Source of the DNA: a bacterium BMS3Abin14
Lineage (GTDB): Bacteria > BMS3Abin14
DNA length: 64,000 nucleotides
Direction of reading: 5' to 3'
NCBI GenBank assembly: GCA_002897695.1
Contig: BDTG01000041.1
Span: 20,101-84,100 of the forward strand
The first letter of the stretch is position 1. Every line of letters starts with the position of its first letter. Made by a program: the position numbers and the translations under genes. The notes below the pieces were generated by a model that saw only the letters and a list, made by a program, of their open reading frames with translations, was not told the DNA's origin and ran no database searches. Shown piece by piece: positions 60,843-64,000 of this stretch.

Positions 60843-63336
60843 GTTTGCCTTGGCCATATTCTTGCGGATAGCGGTTTTTTTTCTGCTCCTGTCCCCGGTC
60901 CGGGCATGGGCGGGCTCCACCATGCTGACGGAGGTGATCCCGCGAAACAGGACAGTCTCGGGTGAAGTGGTCATCTCCGAAGACCTGTTTATCCCCGAGG
61001 GGGTCACGCTTACTTTCCTGCCCGGAACTACCGTCACGATCATCCCCAGGGAAGGGACAAGGACCGATTCGAAGTTTCTTACCACCCTCACTGAGATCTC
61101 AGTGCGTGGGACGCTCTCCGTACCGGAAGGCCCGGTGGTCTTTCGGCCGGAGGGGGAAATGTTCCGCGGATCCTGGGCGGGCATCATCATGCCGGCCTCG
61201 TCCTCCCGCGTTATCCTTCACGGGGTGAGGATCGCCGGAGCCAGGTACGGCCTCCTCGCCATCGGGGGCGAGGCCGACATACGCGATTCCGGTTTCTCTC
61301 ACAACGAGATCGGCATAGCCGTAACCCCTGATGCCGTCGTCACCGAGGCTTCCAACACGTTCGATTCCAACGGGACAGGAACCGCGGCATGGTTCAGTAA
61401 ATCCCCCTTGAAAGGTATGAAGGACCGCTTCAGCGGCAACGATGATGACACCCTGGCCCTGACCGCACCGGGGGGGGAAATCCTTCACAGGACCATGAAG
61501 CCGGTGATCATTCCCGCACCGCCCGGACGCAGGGAATATCTGGGTCAAGAGGCCATCACCGAGGATACAGTGTGGTCCGGGACTGTCGTCATAGATGGAC
61601 AGGTAGCAGTAATGCCGGACGTGACGCTGACGATCCGGGCGGGGACCAGGGTTCTTTTCCGCTTCCGGGATACCGACCAGGACGGCATCGGTGAGAGCTG
61701 GATCATCGCCCAGGGCCGGGTGAGAGTCCTCGGCAAGGAGGACGCCTGGGTCCTTTTCGATGCCGAGGATGAGAAGGCGGGCCCAGGTGCATGGGGAAGC
61801 TTCAGCATAATCGCCTCCGATGCCCCTGACAACCTGGTCCGCTACGCCCTTTTCAGACATGGGCACAGGTCCTTTCATGTCCATTTTGCCAGGGCGAGCC
61901 TGGAGCACGTGGCCTTCGAGGACAATCTCCGCGGGGTCCAGTTCCAGGAATCGGAGGGTCTCTCCATCAACTGGGGATTATTCACCGGCAACCAGAGCGC
62001 CATGCGCTTTCGGGACTCCACCGTTGACCTGTCAAACATCGTCGTCCGGGACAACACATCGGGGATCAACTTCCTGCGTGCCAGGGTCAGGGCGCGGAAT
62101 CTTCTGGTCGAGGGAAACACCCTGGAGAGTTTCCTGGCCAGGGAGTCGGACACCGACCTTTCCGGCTCGGTATTCACCCGCAACCGGCAGGGCCCCAGAT
62201 TCAAGGGGGAGGGTGAGCAGGTCCGGATGTGGGACGTCGCCTCCGTCGGCAACCTCACCGAGGGGATGTCCTTCAAGAATGTGAAGGCTGACATCCTTGA
62301 TTCGGATCTCTCGGATAACGGTCTGACCGGAGTGTCGGTGACCGATGCTGAAGTCAGCATCGGTTCTTCCCGTATCGCCGGCAACGGCCGCTTTGCCGTG
62401 GACAACAACGGCTCCACCCGGATTGACGCCCGCCACAACGATTGGGGAAAACCGGGTCCACCCTCCCGCGAAAGCATCTACGACGGAACGGATGAGGAGG
62501 GGATAGGGATGGTCCTGACGGATGATCCGACATCCTTCACCCTGGCTTTCCCGGGCCGGCCTCTGCCCGCCGGAACCCAGTCGGCCGATACGCTCATTAC
62601 AGGGGACGTCGCCGTACCCTCCGGACGAACCGTCAAATTGGGACCCGGCGCCCGGGTTCGATTCGCCCCTATCCAGGAGGGCTCCCTTTTCGACCTGTAT
62701 TCGGATCATCCCGATTTTTCATCCTCAGAGCTCCTGATCCGGGGCAAAATAGAAGCTACCGGAGGGACCGATGATCCCGTTACTTTTTCGCGCGCCGCCC
62801 CGCCGGAGTGGACAGATATCGAACCGCCGCCGTTATGGGGAGGGATCAACCTCACAGGCGGAGAGGGCGGAATTTTCAGGAACTGTGTGATCTCCGGAGC
62901 GCTGACTGGAATCCATGCCCGGGAGGCTGCTTCAGTAGCTATCGAACAATGCATCCTGGAAGACAACGAGGTAGGAATTCGATTCTCCAGAACCCATGTC
63001 TCCATCACGGACAACATCTTCCGGCACAATGAGGCGGGCCTCCGGTTCCACGAATTCGGTGGGGTTGTTGAGAATAACTCCTTCGACTCCAACGAAACGG
63101 CCGTCTTCGTCACCAAGAACCCCCAGGGAGTCATCCTGCGAAACAACATCTTCAGAAACAGCGCCGATTACCATGTGAAGCTGGGGGAACACGTGTCGGA
63201 TGATATCAGAATCTCCGGCGGGATCTTCGAGGTCCCGAAGGGAAAGAGGCCTGAGGATCTCATCTTCGACCGGAAGAACGAGGATTACCTCGGAAAGGTT
63301 ATCCTGGAGGGGGTTTCAGTGGTCAGCGGTCGTTAG
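60820..63336 (+). CDS. Secreted right-handed parallel beta-helix repeat protein (NosD/CASH-like), 838 aa
   Basis: Signal peptide, then recurring beta-helix repeat units (..RNNIFRNS.., ..HNEIGIAV.., ..RDNTSGINF..). Confidence 0.65.
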   Translation: MRINIFSEFALAIFLRIAVFFLLLSPVRAWAGSTMLTEVIPRNRTVSGEVVISEDLFIPEGVTLTFLPGTTVTIIPREGTRTDSKFLTTLTEISVRGTLSVPEGPVVFRPEGEMFRGSWAGIIMPASSSRVILHGVRIAGARYGLLAIGGEADIRDSGFSHNEIGIAVTPDAVVTEASNTFDSNGTGTAAWFSKSPLKGMKDRFSGNDDDTLALTAPGGEILHRTMKPVIIPAPPGRREYLGQEAITEDTVWSGTVVIDGQVAVMPDVTLTIRAGTRVLFRFRDTDQDGIGESWIIAQGRVRVLGKEDAWVLFDAEDEKAGPGAWGSFSIIASDAPDNLVRYALFRHGHRSFHVHFARASLEHVAFEDNLRGVQFQESEGLSINWGLFTGNQSAMRFRDSTVDLSNIVVRDNTSGINFLRARVRARNLLVEGNTLESFLARESDTDLSGSVFTRNRQGPRFKGEGEQVRMWDVASVGNLTEGMSFKNVKADILDSDLSDNGLTGVSVTDAEVSIGSSRIAGNGRFAVDNNGSTRIDARHNDWGKPGPPSRESIYDGTDEEGIGMVLTDDPTSFTLAFPGRPLPAGTQSADTLITGDVAVPSGRTVKLGPGARVRFAPIQEGSLFDLYSDHPDFSSSELLIRGKIEATGGTDDPVTFSRAAPPEWTDIEPPPLWGGINLTGGEGGIFRNCVISGALTGIHAREAASVAIEQCILEDNEVGIRFSRTHVSITDNIFRHNEAGLRFHEFGGVVENNSFDSNETAVFVTKNPQGVILRNNIFRNSADYHVKLGEHVSDDIRISGGIFEVPKGKRPEDLIFDRKNEDYLGKVILEGVSVVSGR

Positions 63337-63979
63337 CCGATACCCCTGTTTTGCGGCAGAATTCTTCCACCGGGCAATCGCCGCACACCGCCTTCCTCGC
63401 CGTGCACTTGTCCCTTCCCAGATAGATAAGTTCGCTGGAAAACGGGAGCCACCGGTCCTCGGGAAGCAGTGCGTTCAGGTCCCTTTCGATCCTCTCCGGG
63501 TTCCTGCTGTCCGTCAACCCCATCCGGAAGGAAACACGCTTGACGTGAGTATCCACCACGATCCCCGGCACTCCATCGGCAATGCCCAGAACCAGGTTGG
63601 CGGTCTTCCGCCCCACACCCGGAAGCCGGACCATCTCCTCTAACGATGACGGCACTTTTCCGCCATGCTCCCTGACCAGGGCCTCACAGCATCCCTTGAT
63701 GGACCTGGCTTTCTGCCGGAAGAATCCAGTGGAGTGAATCGCATCTTCGAGTTCGGCGAGACCAGCCGCGGCGAAGGCGGGCGCGTCAGGATACTTTTTA
63801 AACAGTCCGGGGGTGACCTTGTTGACCCGGTCGTCGGTACACTGGGCCGAAAGGATGGTAGCAACCAGCAGCTGGACGGTGTTCTCGAAGTTAAGGGCAG
63901 TACCGTTCGGGTAAAGGCCGGACAGAATCAGGTCGATCCTGGATGTCCGTTTTTTCTTATCCCGGATGGTCTCCTTCAT
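63323..63979 (-). CDS. nth: Endonuclease III
   Basis: HhH-GPD motif LPGVGRKTANLVL and the C-terminal 4Fe-4S Cys cluster CTARKAVCGDCPVEEFC. Confidence 0.9.
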   Translation of the reverse strand: MKETIRDKKKRTSRIDLILSGLYPNGTALNFENTVQLLVATILSAQCTDDRVNKVTPGLFKKYPDAPAFAAAGLAELEDAIHSTGFFRQKARSIKGCCEALVREHGGKVPSSLEEMVRLPGVGRKTANLVLGIADGVPGIVVDTHVKRVSFRMGLTDSRNPERIERDLNALLPEDRWLPFSSELIYLGRDKCTARKAVCGDCPVEEFCRKTGVSANDR

Positions 63980-64000
63980 GGTCTGCTCAACCTTTTTCTT

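Noticed and set aside
61099-62709. 269-aa, 200-aa and 225-aa minus-strand ORFs
   Set aside because: Antisense to the beta-helix gene, and they overlap one another.

Overview
This is a 64 kb window of high-GC (about 60%) Gram-negative chromosome. The gene content (DivIVA, a PEGA-domain protein, a B12-binding radical SAM gene after ftsZ, sigma54-driven glnB-amtB) suggests a delta-proteobacterium (Desulfobacterota), but that is a guess. The window is densely coding housekeeping DNA.

Gene order, left to right:
- metX (runs off the 5' edge) and metY, with metY stop and metX start overlapping.
- glmU and glmS, again with overlapping stop and start.
- A UvrD/PcrA-family helicase.
- A four-gene operon of exported proteins: YggU/DUF167, a zincin-like HExxH protein, a PEGA protein and a Kelch lipoprotein.
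- divIVA, yggT, an inverted proC, yggS and a small ferredoxin.
- tRNA-Asp and tRNA-Val, then lon, clpX, clpP, tig and tRNA-Leu.
- A decayed oligopeptide ABC transporter locus (oppF, oppD, oppC and oppB remnants) broken by a frameshifted, truncated IS5-family transposase, which also truncated a neighbouring REC-PilZ gene.
- A cobalamin riboswitch in front of btuB-tonB-btuF-btuD-btuC.
- A glycerophosphodiester phosphodiesterase and an MFS transporter.
- A sigma54 promoter in front of glnB-amtB.
- bacterioferritin, a secreted metallophosphoesterase, maf and a B12-binding radical SAM gene.
- A complete canonical dcw cluster, all on the minus strand: mraZ-rsmH-ftsL-ftsI-murE-murF-mraY-murD-ftsW-murG-murC-murB-ddl-ftsQ-ftsA-ftsZ.
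- A UPF0718 permease, an 838-aa secreted parallel beta-helix protein and nth.

The structure the gene calls do not explain, in order of interest:
1. A dispersed family of hairpin-forming intergenic repeats sits in the inter-cistronic gaps of the dcw cluster and of the opp locus. Each has an A-run-GTC ... GAC-T-run frame, and three copies share a conserved core of about 100 nt.
2. An in-frame AT-rich patch of about 440 bp lies inside the Kelch lipoprotein gene; it is either a mosaic gene or an assembly chimera.
3. The opp locus is an IS-associated gene graveyard.
4. Tandem heptamer (T/C)TGGAC(A/T) arrays occur at three intergenic loci.
5. A 26-28 bp perfect inverted repeat lies between yggT and divIVA.
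6. Three GTGGGR direct repeats with 10-bp phasing sit in front of mraZ, matching an MraZ operator.

No CRISPR array, rRNA gene, prophage or recognisable defence island is present. The reverse-strand ORFs in the supplied track that overlap the genes above are treated as artefacts.
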